A program made the position numbers and the translations under genes. Positions 24,045 to 33,126 of a stretch of 36,930 bases of DNA are shown piece by piece; the stretch's first letter is position 1, and every line of letters starts with the position of its first letter. The notes under the pieces are model-generated. The model made no database searches, was not told the origin of the DNA, and saw nothing but the letters and a program-made list of their open reading frames with translations. The stretch comes from a virus (Duplodnaviria; Caudoviricetes): the IMG/VR virus record IMGVR_UViG_3300032225_000824, positions 1-36,930 of that record, one strand, 5' to 3'.

Positions 24045-25010
24045 ATGGCTGATTCCAAAGAACCGACTGAACTTGACATGCTGAAGATGGCTGCAGCATT
24101 TGACGCTGGGTTAACTGAAATACCAGAAGATAATGTTGAAACTACTGAGGCGGTTGAGCAGGATGTTGAAAGCAGTGATAACTCGGAGACACCTGCGACT
24201 CCAGAAGATGCCGAAACTAAATCCTCATCGAACGATGGGGTGGTAGATGAAGTCCCTAAGACTGAAACTACATCAACAAGCTCTTTAACAACGCAATCTG
24301 ATGAACCCAAGTCAGAGTCAGCTTCCGAAAAGAAGCAAAGCAAGTACCAAAAGGCACAATCTCGACTCGCAAAAGAGTGGGAAGATGTCAAAGCGGAACG
24401 TGCAAGACTCCAAGCTGAAAGGGAATCTATTGAAGCAGCCAAGACTGCAAGGTCTAGTCAAGAAACTGCTCCAACAGAAGCAAAGGCAAGTTCTAGCAAG
24501 TTTAGCGCGGATGACTATCGCGAAGCAGCAAAAAGCTATCGTGACGAAGGCCGTGATGATCTTGCAAAACTCGCTGAAAGCAAAGCCGAAGAAATTGAGA
24601 CTGCTGGCAGGAAAGAGAACGAGCATAAGGCGCAGGCAGAATGGAAAAATGCCTGGGATCAAAACCTTTTGCGAGAAGTCGAAGCGAATCCAGAATTAAA
24701 GGATTCTTCGACAAATCTCTATAAAGCTGTCTCAACTCTACTACAGCAACACGCGATTCTTAGGAACTATCCTAACGGAATCAATGATGCGGTAGGATTG
24801 GCAAAGCTTAAACTCAAAGCGGACGCTGCCTCTGACTTGGAAAAGAAGATTGCAAAGTATGAGTCCGAAGTGACTCAACTTAGAAAGGCAACGACACCTG
24901 CAAGCGGTCAACCATCTGGCCCTGCTCGCGTCAAAGCTTTTCACGAACTCTCCTCGGAGGAGCAAGGACGTGAACTGCTTCGAATGGCAGCAGAGGCGGA
25001 TAGATCGTAA
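24045..25010 (+). CDS. Capsid scaffolding protein
   Basis: Acidic disordered N-terminus, coiled coils, short C-terminal helix; immediately before the major capsid gene. Confidence 0.75.
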   Translation: MADSKEPTELDMLKMAAAFDAGLTEIPEDNVETTEAVEQDVESSDNSETPATPEDAETKSSSNDGVVDEVPKTETTSTSSLTTQSDEPKSESASEKKQSKYQKAQSRLAKEWEDVKAERARLQAERESIEAAKTARSSQETAPTEAKASSSKFSADDYREAAKSYRDEGRDDLAKLAESKAEEIETAGRKENEHKAQAEWKNAWDQNLLREVEANPELKDSSTNLYKAVSTLLQQHAILRNYPNGINDAVGLAKLKLKADAASDLEKKIAKYESEVTQLRKATTPASGQPSGPARVKAFHELSSEEQGRELLRMAAEADRS

Positions 25011-25041
25011 CAGACTAGTTGTTTAAAAGGAAAATAATACA

Positions 25042-26073
25042 ATGGCTTATGTAACTACTGGCGGATCTGTGTCCTCACAGTTCCAGACGTACTTCTCCAA
25101 GATGCTCTTGGAACGTGCGCTCCCGCTCCTACAAATGGAGCAGTTTGCAATGAAGGTGGCGTATCCTTCGAAAACTGGCGGAAATAAAACCATCAAATTC
25201 TTCAAATTTGATAATCCCGCAATTGACAAGATTGTCTCACTCTCTGAAGGAACGACTATTAGCGATGGATCTGATCAGCGTCAGCTGACTCTGTCCACTG
25301 TTGACGCGACTCTTCAGCAGTACGGCAGCCAAATCGTTCTCACGGACGTTCTCTTGGCAACCGAATTGTTTAACCACCTCGCCCAGGCCACCAAGCAGTT
25401 GGGTGAAGACGCTGCTCTGCACGCCGACACTCTGTGTCACCGCGCGCTGATCCAAGACTCTTCCACCTCGACTGGAACAGGCATTGCCACGAAGAGCTAT
25501 GCTCGTTACGCGCAGAACAGCACGAACGGCACGACCTTCGCGACCAGCTCTGTTGCTAACAGCGCAATCACCTCCACCGACTTGCTCGATGGTGTAACCG
25601 CATTGTTCATCAGCCGTGCGCCTAAGATCAAGGATTCTTACGTCCTTGTCGCTCACCCTGCGGTCATTCGTGACCTCCAGCAGGATGACGATTGGTTGAA
25701 GGTTTCGAGCTACTCGAATCCTGATGCCATTTTCAAGGGTGAAATCGGTTCGCTATTCGGCTGTAAAGTCATTTCCAGCACCAACGTCCAGCGTTTTGCT
25801 ACTTCTGGTTCTGGTGTTGCTGATACGACTAATTCGACTGGAGTTGTCTATGGCAACTTGCTCTTGGGTGGAAACGCTTTCGGCGTTCCTAACCTCAGTT
25901 CAATCGTTGCAAATGGATCGCCCTTCTCACCGAAGGTCACCATCCTTGATGCTGCCGATAAATCCGATCCGTATGGACAACGCGTTGTTGCGTCCTTCAA
26001 GACGTTCTACGCTGCCAAACAATTGGATACTACGTTCTTCCGCGCGATCTTCGCGAAGTCGAACTACAGCTAA
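25042..26073 (+). CDS. Major capsid protein (N4-gp56 family, HK97 fold)
   Basis: LSEG, L.QYG....LTD, HP.V..DL..D..W, GEIG...G...I, K.DPYGQ; biased high-expression codon use. Confidence 0.92.
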   Translation: MAYVTTGGSVSSQFQTYFSKMLLERALPLLQMEQFAMKVAYPSKTGGNKTIKFFKFDNPAIDKIVSLSEGTTISDGSDQRQLTLSTVDATLQQYGSQIVLTDVLLATELFNHLAQATKQLGEDAALHADTLCHRALIQDSSTSTGTGIATKSYARYAQNSTNGTTFATSSVANSAITSTDLLDGVTALFISRAPKIKDSYVLVAHPAVIRDLQQDDDWLKVSSYSNPDAIFKGEIGSLFGCKVISSTNVQRFATSGSGVADTTNSTGVVYGNLLLGGNAFGVPNLSSIVANGSPFSPKVTILDAADKSDPYGQRVVASFKTFYAAKQLDTTFFRAIFAKSNYS

Positions 26074-26081
26074 ACAATTAA

Positions 26082-26453
26082 ATGGGAACCCTAGTAATCG
26101 CTATGGGTCCTCGGAAAACTGGGGAGGATAAAACCTCCCCAGCATCTTCCAACGGAGGTCAAATGCACGAAGGAATGAATAATAGCGGTGACATGAAAAT
26201 GCCACAAGGCATGGTCATGTTGCCTGTATCGATGCTTGAAGTTAATGATGGCGGAGATGCTGTTCCTCCTTCTGAAGGTGATCACGTTGAACTCAGCGGT
26301 GTTGTCCATATGGTTAAGAATGGAGTCGCTCACATCAAAGTTAATGACGCTATGATGGAAGGTGAATCCGATAATAATCAGCAAGACAACATGTCTGAAG
26401 AGGACAAAATGCGCGCTTTGGCTCAGAAGGCAGACGAGGAGAACTACAGCTAA
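26082..26453 (+). CDS. Acidic hypothetical protein
   Basis: ORF directly after the capsid gene; P..GD.V...G.V motif. Confidence 0.7.
   Translation: MGTLVIAMGPRKTGEDKTSPASSNGGQMHEGMNNSGDMKMPQGMVMLPVSMLEVNDGGDAVPPSEGDHVELSGVVHMVKNGVAHIKVNDAMMEGESDNNQQDNMSEEDKMRALAQKADEENYS
26119..26142 (+). terminator. Hairpin downstream of capsid gene (attenuator or mRNA stabiliser)
   Basis: CTGGGGAGG-ataaaa-CCTCCCCAG perfect 9-bp stem, weak U-tail, within the next ORF. Confidence 0.5.
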
Positions 26454-26734
26454 TGCCGATTTACCAGTACACCGATACCAGAAATGGTTCAGTCGTTGAA
26501 CTGGAAAAATCAGTAGCTGAAAGGGACTCAGTCCCAAAGTATCTCAAGCGGTTTGCTGTACCACAGCGTTTGGCTCTTGTTGGTGTTGGCGAACCCCTCG
26601 ACAACCCACTTGGGACAAATAAAACAAATATTATGAAGGGGTACTACAAACAAGAACAAAAGCTTGGGAGTAGATTTAAAAGCGAGTTCAGCGCGGATCA
26701 GGTGAAACGTGCCTGGAGTCGAAAAGGAGATTAA
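26453..26734 (+). CDS. FmdB-like protein lacking the Zn-binding cysteines
   Basis: MPIYQY.D...G...E....V.ERD pattern (FmdB: MPIYEY.C..CG). Confidence 0.6.
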   Translation: MPIYQYTDTRNGSVVELEKSVAERDSVPKYLKRFAVPQRLALVGVGEPLDNPLGTNKTNIMKGYYKQEQKLGSRFKSEFSADQVKRAWSRKGD

Positions 26735-26738
26735 GAAT

Positions 26739-26939
26739 ATGGCAAATGAATTTGCACGAAGCCCACGGAAGGCAAAAGGTAAAGCTATTAAATTTGATAG
26801 TTCTAACCAATCTGTGGTTTGGGATATTACAACCCTAGCAACAACTGGAACCTTTGGCTCTGCTGCAGCTACAGCGAATGGCTTGACCATTACTGTTAAC
26901 GGTACGAACTACAAGATTCCATTGTTTACTTCACCCTAA
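26739..26939 (+). CDS. Small putative virion protein, 66 aa
   Basis: SD AAGGAG, ATG at 26739; C-terminal I.VNGT.YKIPL. Confidence 0.65.
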   Translation: MANEFARSPRKAKGKAIKFDSSNQSVVWDITTLATTGTFGSAAATANGLTITVNGTNYKIPLFTSP

Positions 26940-27178
26940 TGTCACGCGCATTAGATAAATTCCAAGGTCAATACGGATTTTCCGTAGGGACACAAGGAAC
27001 AGCTCCTGCTGGCTACTGGGCGATCCAGATGCTTGCAGATACCACGTTTAGCACGATTAGTGGTAAATTCGATGGTACTCTGACAGGCGTTACGATTGGC
27101 TCTGGCAATATCATCTACGGCGAGTTCAACAGCTACACGGCTGGAACTGGCCGAGTGATCGGCTACATAGCTGGTTAA
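26939..27178 (+). CDS. Small beta-rich putative virion (decoration-like) protein, 79 aa
   Basis: TAATG overlap; AIQ.L.D..F, G..IYG.F......G.VI.Y. Confidence 0.7.
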   Translation: MSRALDKFQGQYGFSVGTQGTAPAGYWAIQMLADTTFSTISGKFDGTLTGVTIGSGNIIYGEFNSYTAGTGRVIGYIAG

Positions 27179-27194
27179 TTATATTAGCAGTCAT

Positions 27195-27222
27195 ACCGCC
27201 AAAGGTTCTATCCCTTGGCGGT
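27195..27222 (+). terminator. Intergenic hairpin with T-loop-like cap
   Basis: ACCGCCAA-aGG-TTCTATC-CC-TTGGCGGT. Confidence 0.45.
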
Positions 27223-27240
27223 TGATTGCATTGTGATTCT

Positions 27241-27621
27241 ATGCCAAGATTATCTTTAGGCCTAGGCGTGCAATCTATTCGCAAGATTAATAGTGGCGGA
27301 GGAACACCACCATTTGGCCTACCAGCACAAATTATAGTTTCTGGAGCTGGAATTGCAAATGGAACATACACAAAAACAACTTTAGCTGGAATTTATACAC
27401 CAGCATCAATAGGTGGAACATATAACTATCTATTAGCAGCAGGAATTTTCTATATTACATCACCTGGTAATACAAACTTCAATGGCGATTATGCTGGGAA
27501 TGATTGGGTTTTAGCCACTGGAAACGATTCGGCCACAATTTATTCAGAAAATACAAGCACGGATGCAAATAATGTTCCTACAACTGGATGGTCTCCATCA
27601 ATTACAATTGCAGCAGCGTAA
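27241..27621 (+). CDS. Putative virion accessory protein with MPRLSLGLG N-terminus, 126 aa
   Basis: ATG 27241 matches the N-terminus of the next gene; contains the IIVSGAG..NGTY domain. Confidence 0.75.
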   Translation: MPRLSLGLGVQSIRKINSGGGTPPFGLPAQIIVSGAGIANGTYTKTTLAGIYTPASIGGTYNYLLAAGIFYITSPGNTNFNGDYAGNDWVLATGNDSATIYSENTSTDANNVPTTGWSPSITIAAA

Positions 27622-27630
27622 TATAATACT

Positions 27631-28665
27631 ATGCCAAGATTATCATTAGGATTGGGAGTACAGAACTCGCGAAGAATTAAGAGTGGAGGAACTGCTCCAT
27701 TCTCACCATCCAGCGTATCTGGATTATATTTATGGCTTAAGGGTGATGCTGGCCTTTCAACAACCCCGCAACAATTCATAAGCCAAATCGTATTAAGTAA
27801 TTCTGGAACACCAGAGGTTGATGGAACATATACAAGGGCGTCTGGTGGGCAAACCAATTTTACTGGATCAAATGGACTCAGTATAGAATACAGTGAAACT
27901 GTGGATGGTAATTTGAGATTTTTTGTATTATTTGAAGGCGATACAATGTATTCTATTGATATATTATATGATACAATAATTCAAATAAATATTTCAAATG
28001 GAGCATCGCCTGCACCCACGTATTCAACAACCTTAAGTCAAACAGGGAACACTCTTGTAACGGCATGGCAAGATCAGAGTGGAAATGGAAACAATACATC
28101 AAATATTATTGATGTTATAACTGGAACAAAAAATTCAAAAACAACTGTAATTTTTAATGGGTCAGCATCAGAACTAACCCTTGGTAATCTATTTTCTGAA
28201 TTTACTGCGATGTCATTCTTTGCGACTTGGAAAATTACGAATGTTGCAAACGGAGGTATTCTTGGAACGGACAATTATTCAAACTTTGAGATTGCGTCAA
28301 TAAATGATGTAACACAATACACACTTACAAGAATCAATTCTGCACCGCAGACAGCTGGTTTTATTACAAACGGATGGTGGGATAATGCAACTTGGGTAAC
28401 ATCATCATTTAGAATTGATGACTCAGTTTTTGGTGAGGCCAGAAAGAATGGATCAACTACTGGAATTACAACTAATAATAATTTAATAACTCTGCCATTC
28501 ACGACAGACACAGTAAATTATAGACTTGGAAGATATGCAGCTGATGCTGGAAGTTATTACGGAAATTACGAATTGGCCGAGCTTGTTATATATAATCGCC
28601 TGGTTACACCTACCGAGCGTCAGCAAGTCGAGACGTATCTAAACACAAAATATGCGATTTATTAA
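27631..28665 (+). CDS. LamG/concanavalin-like putative virion protein with MPRLSLGLG N-terminus
   Basis: L.LWL..D.G, V..W.DQSGNG, F.G, LG, ELVIYNR.....ER..VE.YL..KY. Confidence 0.8.
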   Translation: MPRLSLGLGVQNSRRIKSGGTAPFSPSSVSGLYLWLKGDAGLSTTPQQFISQIVLSNSGTPEVDGTYTRASGGQTNFTGSNGLSIEYSETVDGNLRFFVLFEGDTMYSIDILYDTIIQINISNGASPAPTYSTTLSQTGNTLVTAWQDQSGNGNNTSNIIDVITGTKNSKTTVIFNGSASELTLGNLFSEFTAMSFFATWKITNVANGGILGTDNYSNFEIASINDVTQYTLTRINSAPQTAGFITNGWWDNATWVTSSFRIDDSVFGEARKNGSTTGITTNNNLITLPFTTDTVNYRLGRYAADAGSYYGNYELAELVIYNRLVTPTERQQVETYLNTKYAIY

Positions 28666-28795
28666 CTCACTCTTGCTTTGTTTTGTGCTATCTTCATGTT
28701 CACAAGATAAAGATATGCAAGAATATACATTAAAATATACAAACTCACCAACCATGGGTGATGCAGCAAGAGCTGCAGGTGAAATGCCATTTTAA
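28652..28795 (+). CDS. Small lipoprotein, 47 aa (not in ORF track)
   Basis: MRFINSLLLCFVLSS|CSQD lipobox; fills the gap. Confidence 0.6.
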   Translation: MRFINSLLLCFVLSSCSQDKDMQEYTLKYTNSPTMGDAARAAGEMPF

Positions 28796-28798
28796 ACC

Positions 28799-29023
28799 AT
28801 GAGCGAAGACCAAGTTTGGAACATGGAGGTTAGGCTCGCTAGGATGGAAGAACGTCAGGTTCAGCTTTACGCTATGGTCGAGAGGTCACTTGCAAACTAC
28901 GCAGACATTGCTAATAAAGTTAATGCGCTGGAGCATCTAAGGACTAAGATACTAGCCCTCTCTGGCGTTATTGGACTTATATGTTCCATGGCCTGGGACG
29001 TAATCAAGAATAGGAATAACTAG
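28799..29023 (+). CDS. XhlA-like coiled-coil membrane protein (possible holin)
   Basis: RLARMEE coiled coil, RV..LE-like segment, then one C-terminal TM helix. Confidence 0.6.
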   Translation: MSEDQVWNMEVRLARMEERQVQLYAMVERSLANYADIANKVNALEHLRTKILALSGVIGLICSMAWDVIKNRNN

Positions 29024-29031
29024 GAGAAAAT

Positions 29032-30324
29032 ATGCCGAATTTTACAGCAGGAACAACATTTGGTGCGAATGATACAGTAACCAATACGAAGCTAAACAAT
29101 TTAATTGCTGATGCTACAATTAACCCTGAGTGTGCATTAAGCATTAACTCTGGAACTATTGGAACGCTTTCTTGCACCAGAGGAACAGTTCAAACACTTA
29201 CAGCAGACACACTTACTGGAACTCTTACTGGCGGAACCTATTCTGGATCCATTGGCACGGCAAGGAGCTTGACAGCAGGAACAATTCAAACATTAACCGC
29301 AAGCACTCTTACTGGAACTCTTACAGGAGGTACATATACTGGGTCATTTGGAGGATCGCTTGGAACTTCATGCAATTTTACAGCTGGAACAATTGGTACT
29401 CTTATTGGAACAAATAACGCAACAATTGCTGGGATAACAATTGGTACAGGTGCAGGTGGATCATTTAATACATCATTAGGTCAATCAAGCCTTGGAAGCA
29501 CAACTACTAATGGAAATGAAAATACTTCAGTTGGATATCTTTCAATGCGTTCAAATACAACTGGATTATCAAATTCAGCATTGGGTTATTTTACATTATA
29601 TAGCAATACAACTGGTAGTGTAAATTGTGCTTTTGGGAAATATTCACTATATTCAAATGTAAGTGGATCTGATAATTCTGCATTTGGATACGCTGCATTA
29701 TTTTCAGCTGCAACCACTGGTAGCAGAAATTCTGCATTTGGATCAAATGCTCTATATTTATCAAGCGGATCTGCAAATACTGCTGTTGGATATAATGCAT
29801 TAAGCTCAAATGCTGCTTATGTTAATTCAACTGGACTTGGAGCAAATGCAGCAGTTGCTGGAAACAACCAGGTTCAACTTGGAGATTCTGCAACAAGGGC
29901 ATATGCATATGGAGCCGTGATTGACAGGTCGGATATTCGAGATAAGACTGACGTAAAAAATACAATTCTTGGACTTGAATTTATAAAAGAATTGCGTCCT
30001 GTGGATTTTAAGTGGGACATGCGTGAAGACTATAAACCATCCTTTGATAAAGATGCAGATCCAGAAATATATAAACTTGCAAATATTACGCATGATGGAA
30101 GCAAAAAGAGAAATCGTTATCACCACGGATTGATTGCCCAAGAAGTTAAGGAAGTTATTGATAGGAATGGAATCGATTTTGGTGGCTATCAGGATTATAA
30201 AATTAAAGGAGGAGATGACGTTCTTGGTATTGGATACACTGAACTCATTGCTCCAATGATTAAAGCAATCCAACAACTTTCAGCTAAAGTCGACAGCCTA
30301 GAAGCACAATTGGCCAGCAAATGA
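29032..30324 (+). CDS. Tail fibre/spike with C-terminal Peptidase_S74 intramolecular chaperone
   Basis: T..KLN N-terminus; N.A.G..AL..N..G beta-roll repeats; SD.RDK, LGLEFI..LRPV.F.W, GLIAQEV, Y.ELIAP.IKAIQ.L. Confidence 0.88.
   Translation: MPNFTAGTTFGANDTVTNTKLNNLIADATINPECALSINSGTIGTLSCTRGTVQTLTADTLTGTLTGGTYSGSIGTARSLTAGTIQTLTASTLTGTLTGGTYTGSFGGSLGTSCNFTAGTIGTLIGTNNATIAGITIGTGAGGSFNTSLGQSSLGSTTTNGNENTSVGYLSMRSNTTGLSNSALGYFTLYSNTTGSVNCAFGKYSLYSNVSGSDNSAFGYAALFSAATTGSRNSAFGSNALYLSSGSANTAVGYNALSSNAAYVNSTGLGANAAVAGNNQVQLGDSATRAYAYGAVIDRSDIRDKTDVKNTILGLEFIKELRPVDFKWDMREDYKPSFDKDADPEIYKLANITHDGSKKRNRYHHGLIAQEVKEVIDRNGIDFGGYQDYKIKGGDDVLGIGYTELIAPMIKAIQQLSAKVDSLEAQLASK
29182..29346 (+). repeat. 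Internal duplication in the fibre gene (96-nt period)
   Basis: GTVQTLTADTLTGTLTGGTYSGS (29182-29250) and GTIQTLTASTLTGTLTGGTYTGS (29278-29346). Confidence 0.85.
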
Positions 30325-31262
30325 CACTCACCGAAATCGCTCAGTTTGCAGGCGAAAAGATCGGCAAGACCGATGCTGACACGCTCACGTTTCTAAAAAA
30401 GTCAGCAGCTTTAAACTATCGGCGCGTTTGGAACTTTGCTCCTTGGCGCGAGACAATTACGAATTCGACGTATGCAATTACAGATATTGGACAAGTTATT
30501 ATTTCTGGAGCTGGAACAATAACTTCAAATGGAACTTATTCAAGAACTTCTGGAGGAACTGGAAACAATTTTACAGCTTCAAATGGAAATTTCATACATT
30601 GGTCTGTTCCATATAATCAATGGTCATTATATGATGTAAATGCTGGAATTGATGATTTCTATCTAAGCACTGATTTAGTAAATTGGTCAGAAATTGCTGG
30701 AGCAGCACCAGCTCCAATAGGAATTACAACATTGCTACGAACAGTAACACTTGGAACAAATGTTGAGGCTCCTCTTTCCATAGCATGGGGTGACGACGAA
30801 CTTACTCCGATGGATCTAGCAACAATCATATCCCAAGACGCAGATTTGCTTGATCAAAACAGAACTGGGACACCGCAAGCATATTACTTTAAGGGACGCA
30901 ACTCTTCTGGTGTTGCTCAAATTGATGTTTATCCAACACTTAATACAACCAGCACAACCACGTTAAAAGTTATCGAAAAGCTACAATGCCTTACTCGCTC
31001 AAACTACGTTGTAGATTTCCCACCATCCACAAATGCCCTTGCCGATGAACTTCGACTTCCACATGTCAGCCATGTTGTATTGGCCTTAACACATGCAGAT
31101 GCGCTTGAGCGCGAGCGTCAGTATGGGAAGGCACAACTTGTTGTTCAAACTGCCAATACCGATCTTTCGTCTATGGCAAACTACGAATTGAGCCAGGTTG
31201 GTGGAATGAAGCAAATCACTCCATCTCCACTTGGTGAACTTGGTTTAGAAGAGATCATCTAA
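30321..31262 (+). CDS. Head-tail adaptor / tail tubular protein A-like, with inserted domain
   Basis: MTL.EI, N..Y.R.W....W, GTP..Y, I.VYP, LP...H.VL; precedes the nozzle gene. Confidence 0.7.
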   Translation: MTLTEIAQFAGEKIGKTDADTLTFLKKSAALNYRRVWNFAPWRETITNSTYAITDIGQVIISGAGTITSNGTYSRTSGGTGNNFTASNGNFIHWSVPYNQWSLYDVNAGIDDFYLSTDLVNWSEIAGAAPAPIGITTLLRTVTLGTNVEAPLSIAWGDDELTPMDLATIISQDADLLDQNRTGTPQAYYFKGRNSSGVAQIDVYPTLNTTSTTTLKVIEKLQCLTRSNYVVDFPPSTNALADELRLPHVSHVVLALTHADALERERQYGKAQLVVQTANTDLSSMANYELSQVGGMKQITPSPLGELGLEEII

Positions 31263-31266
31263 AGCC

Positions 31267-33126
31267 ATGCCGTACTTCACGGATGCAACAGATGATGTTT
31301 TGTCGGTAGCTGTCACGCCAAGTTTTGATGGTGGGCAGGTATCAGGAATTACTCCTAATTTAATCGCAGATAACGCAGCCTCTGAGCTGTTGAACATGAC
31401 CATTTCGCCCAATGGCAACCTTCAAACTCGCCAAGGTATTGAGACAGTTTCAACAAGCCTTTCTACAGCAAGCACAGTGCAAGGGATGTTCTATTTTGAT
31501 ACACCTGATATTGAAACAATTATTCTTGGTTCAAATGGAACTCTTTATAAATATAATACTGGATCAAGCACATTTTCCTCAACTGGAGGAACATTTGTAA
31601 ATTCTACAAATCAACTTGAATTTGCGCAGCTAAATAATAAATTGTTCTGGGCGGATGGTAATAGTTATTTGCAATTTACGGATGGAACGGATAATCATCG
31701 CCAGGGTACTAGCGTTGCGTCAATTACTGTGACGAATAGCGGAGGTGGATATAATAGTGGAACTCCAACAGTAACAATTGGTACACCAACTGCTGGATAT
31801 GGCACAAGAGCTACTGCAACTGCCGTAATGCATAACAATACAGTTGGAACAGTACTTGTTACATATGCTGGATCTGGATACTTAACAGCACCATCAGTCA
31901 CATTCAGCGGAGGCGGTGGAAGCGGAGCAGCAGCCACAGCTGTAATTTCAACACAGCTTGCCCCTACTGGCCTTCGCTTAATCAAATCATTTACAAATCG
32001 TCTATTTGCAGTAGGCACAGGCGAGGATCGCAACACTCTTTACGCCTCTGACATTCTCGATCCAGAGATATGGAATACCACAAATTCAATTATTGTGGGT
32101 GGTGACGATGGTGAAGATATTATTGCAATCCAGCCTTTCTACGGATTCCAGATCATCGTGTTCAAGAGAAACAAGATCTACCTGGTTGATGTCACGCCAA
32201 GCACAACGACTACATCAGGAACGAGCGTGTTGTCGCTAACCAATAGCGCAGCCGAATGGACAGTTCAAACTATTTCAAATAGGATCGGATGTATCGCTGG
32301 TAGGTCAGTTGCACTTGTAAACAAGGATGTATTTTTCTTGGCTAATGACGGAATAAGGTCAATTTCAAGATCGATGGCTGATAATTTCTCAACAGTTGGC
32401 CTAACAATAAGCGAGCCAGTTAAGGATGTCATTGCAAGGATAAATAGGAGTTATATTGCTACATGCAATGCAGCATTCCACAATAACCGCTATCTACTTG
32501 CATTACCATTAGATTCTGCAACCAAACCAAGCCACATATTGGTTTATAACTCAATCTTCAATTGCTTTGAAGGCTTATGGGAAGTAGCAGCAGCAAGGAT
32601 GGTTGAGACAAGCTTTAGCTCTGGATTCTCAACAAACACAATTAAACTTTGCATAGGCACAACCAACTCAAGGGTTGGGCATCTTACGGATTACAAGGAT
32701 TCAGATTCAGTTGACATCAATACAGGGTTTCAAGATTTTGGAACTGGCTATACAAGTAGGATAACAACAAAGGCATATGAATTTGATGATCGTTTTGCCC
32801 TCAAGTACGGATCGCACTATGAGGTTGAATTCTTTAACTCTGGATCTACAAACGCAACTATAAGCATGCGTAGGGATACGGATGGAAATGATATTATTCT
32901 TGGAACTAATGTTGACACAACATCGCCTGACGGATTGACGCTTCCATTTACGCTCCCATCCACACTAAGCGCGAGGGTTGTTAAGCGCAGGGCAGATAGC
33001 CTTAGATCTTACGACAAATGGCGCAATATGAAGCTTAAAATTGAAGCTGCTAGCAGGAAACTTTCCATTCGCGGAATCATCATGGCAGCCAACCCAGACA
33101 CAATTCAGATTCAACAGAATATATGA
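31267..33126 (+). CDS. Tail nozzle / tubular protein B (P22 gp10-like beta-propeller)
   Basis: F.GG, N......G.L..R.G, F.NRLF, LY.S...DPE.W, GC.A..SV, FFL..DG. Confidence 0.75.
   Translation: MPYFTDATDDVLSVAVTPSFDGGQVSGITPNLIADNAASELLNMTISPNGNLQTRQGIETVSTSLSTASTVQGMFYFDTPDIETIILGSNGTLYKYNTGSSTFSSTGGTFVNSTNQLEFAQLNNKLFWADGNSYLQFTDGTDNHRQGTSVASITVTNSGGGYNSGTPTVTIGTPTAGYGTRATATAVMHNNTVGTVLVTYAGSGYLTAPSVTFSGGGGSGAAATAVISTQLAPTGLRLIKSFTNRLFAVGTGEDRNTLYASDILDPEIWNTTNSIIVGGDDGEDIIAIQPFYGFQIIVFKRNKIYLVDVTPSTTTTSGTSVLSLTNSAAEWTVQTISNRIGCIAGRSVALVNKDVFFLANDGIRSISRSMADNFSTVGLTISEPVKDVIARINRSYIATCNAAFHNNRYLLALPLDSATKPSHILVYNSIFNCFEGLWEVAAARMVETSFSSGFSTNTIKLCIGTTNSRVGHLTDYKDSDSVDINTGFQDFGTGYTSRITTKAYEFDDRFALKYGSHYEVEFFNSGSTNATISMRRDTDGNDIILGTNVDTTSPDGLTLPFTLPSTLSARVVKRRADSLRSYDKWRNMKLKIEAASRKLSIRGIIMAANPDTIQIQQNI

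Noticed and set aside
23954-25656. Long antisense and off-frame ORFs over scaffold and capsid genes
   Set aside because: Expected from codon bias. Unlike the nested MTase frame they carry no motif missing from the main protein.
29182-29346. Diversity-generating retroelement TR/VR pair
   Set aside because: In-frame structural duplication; differences are not adenine-specific and there is no reverse transcriptase.
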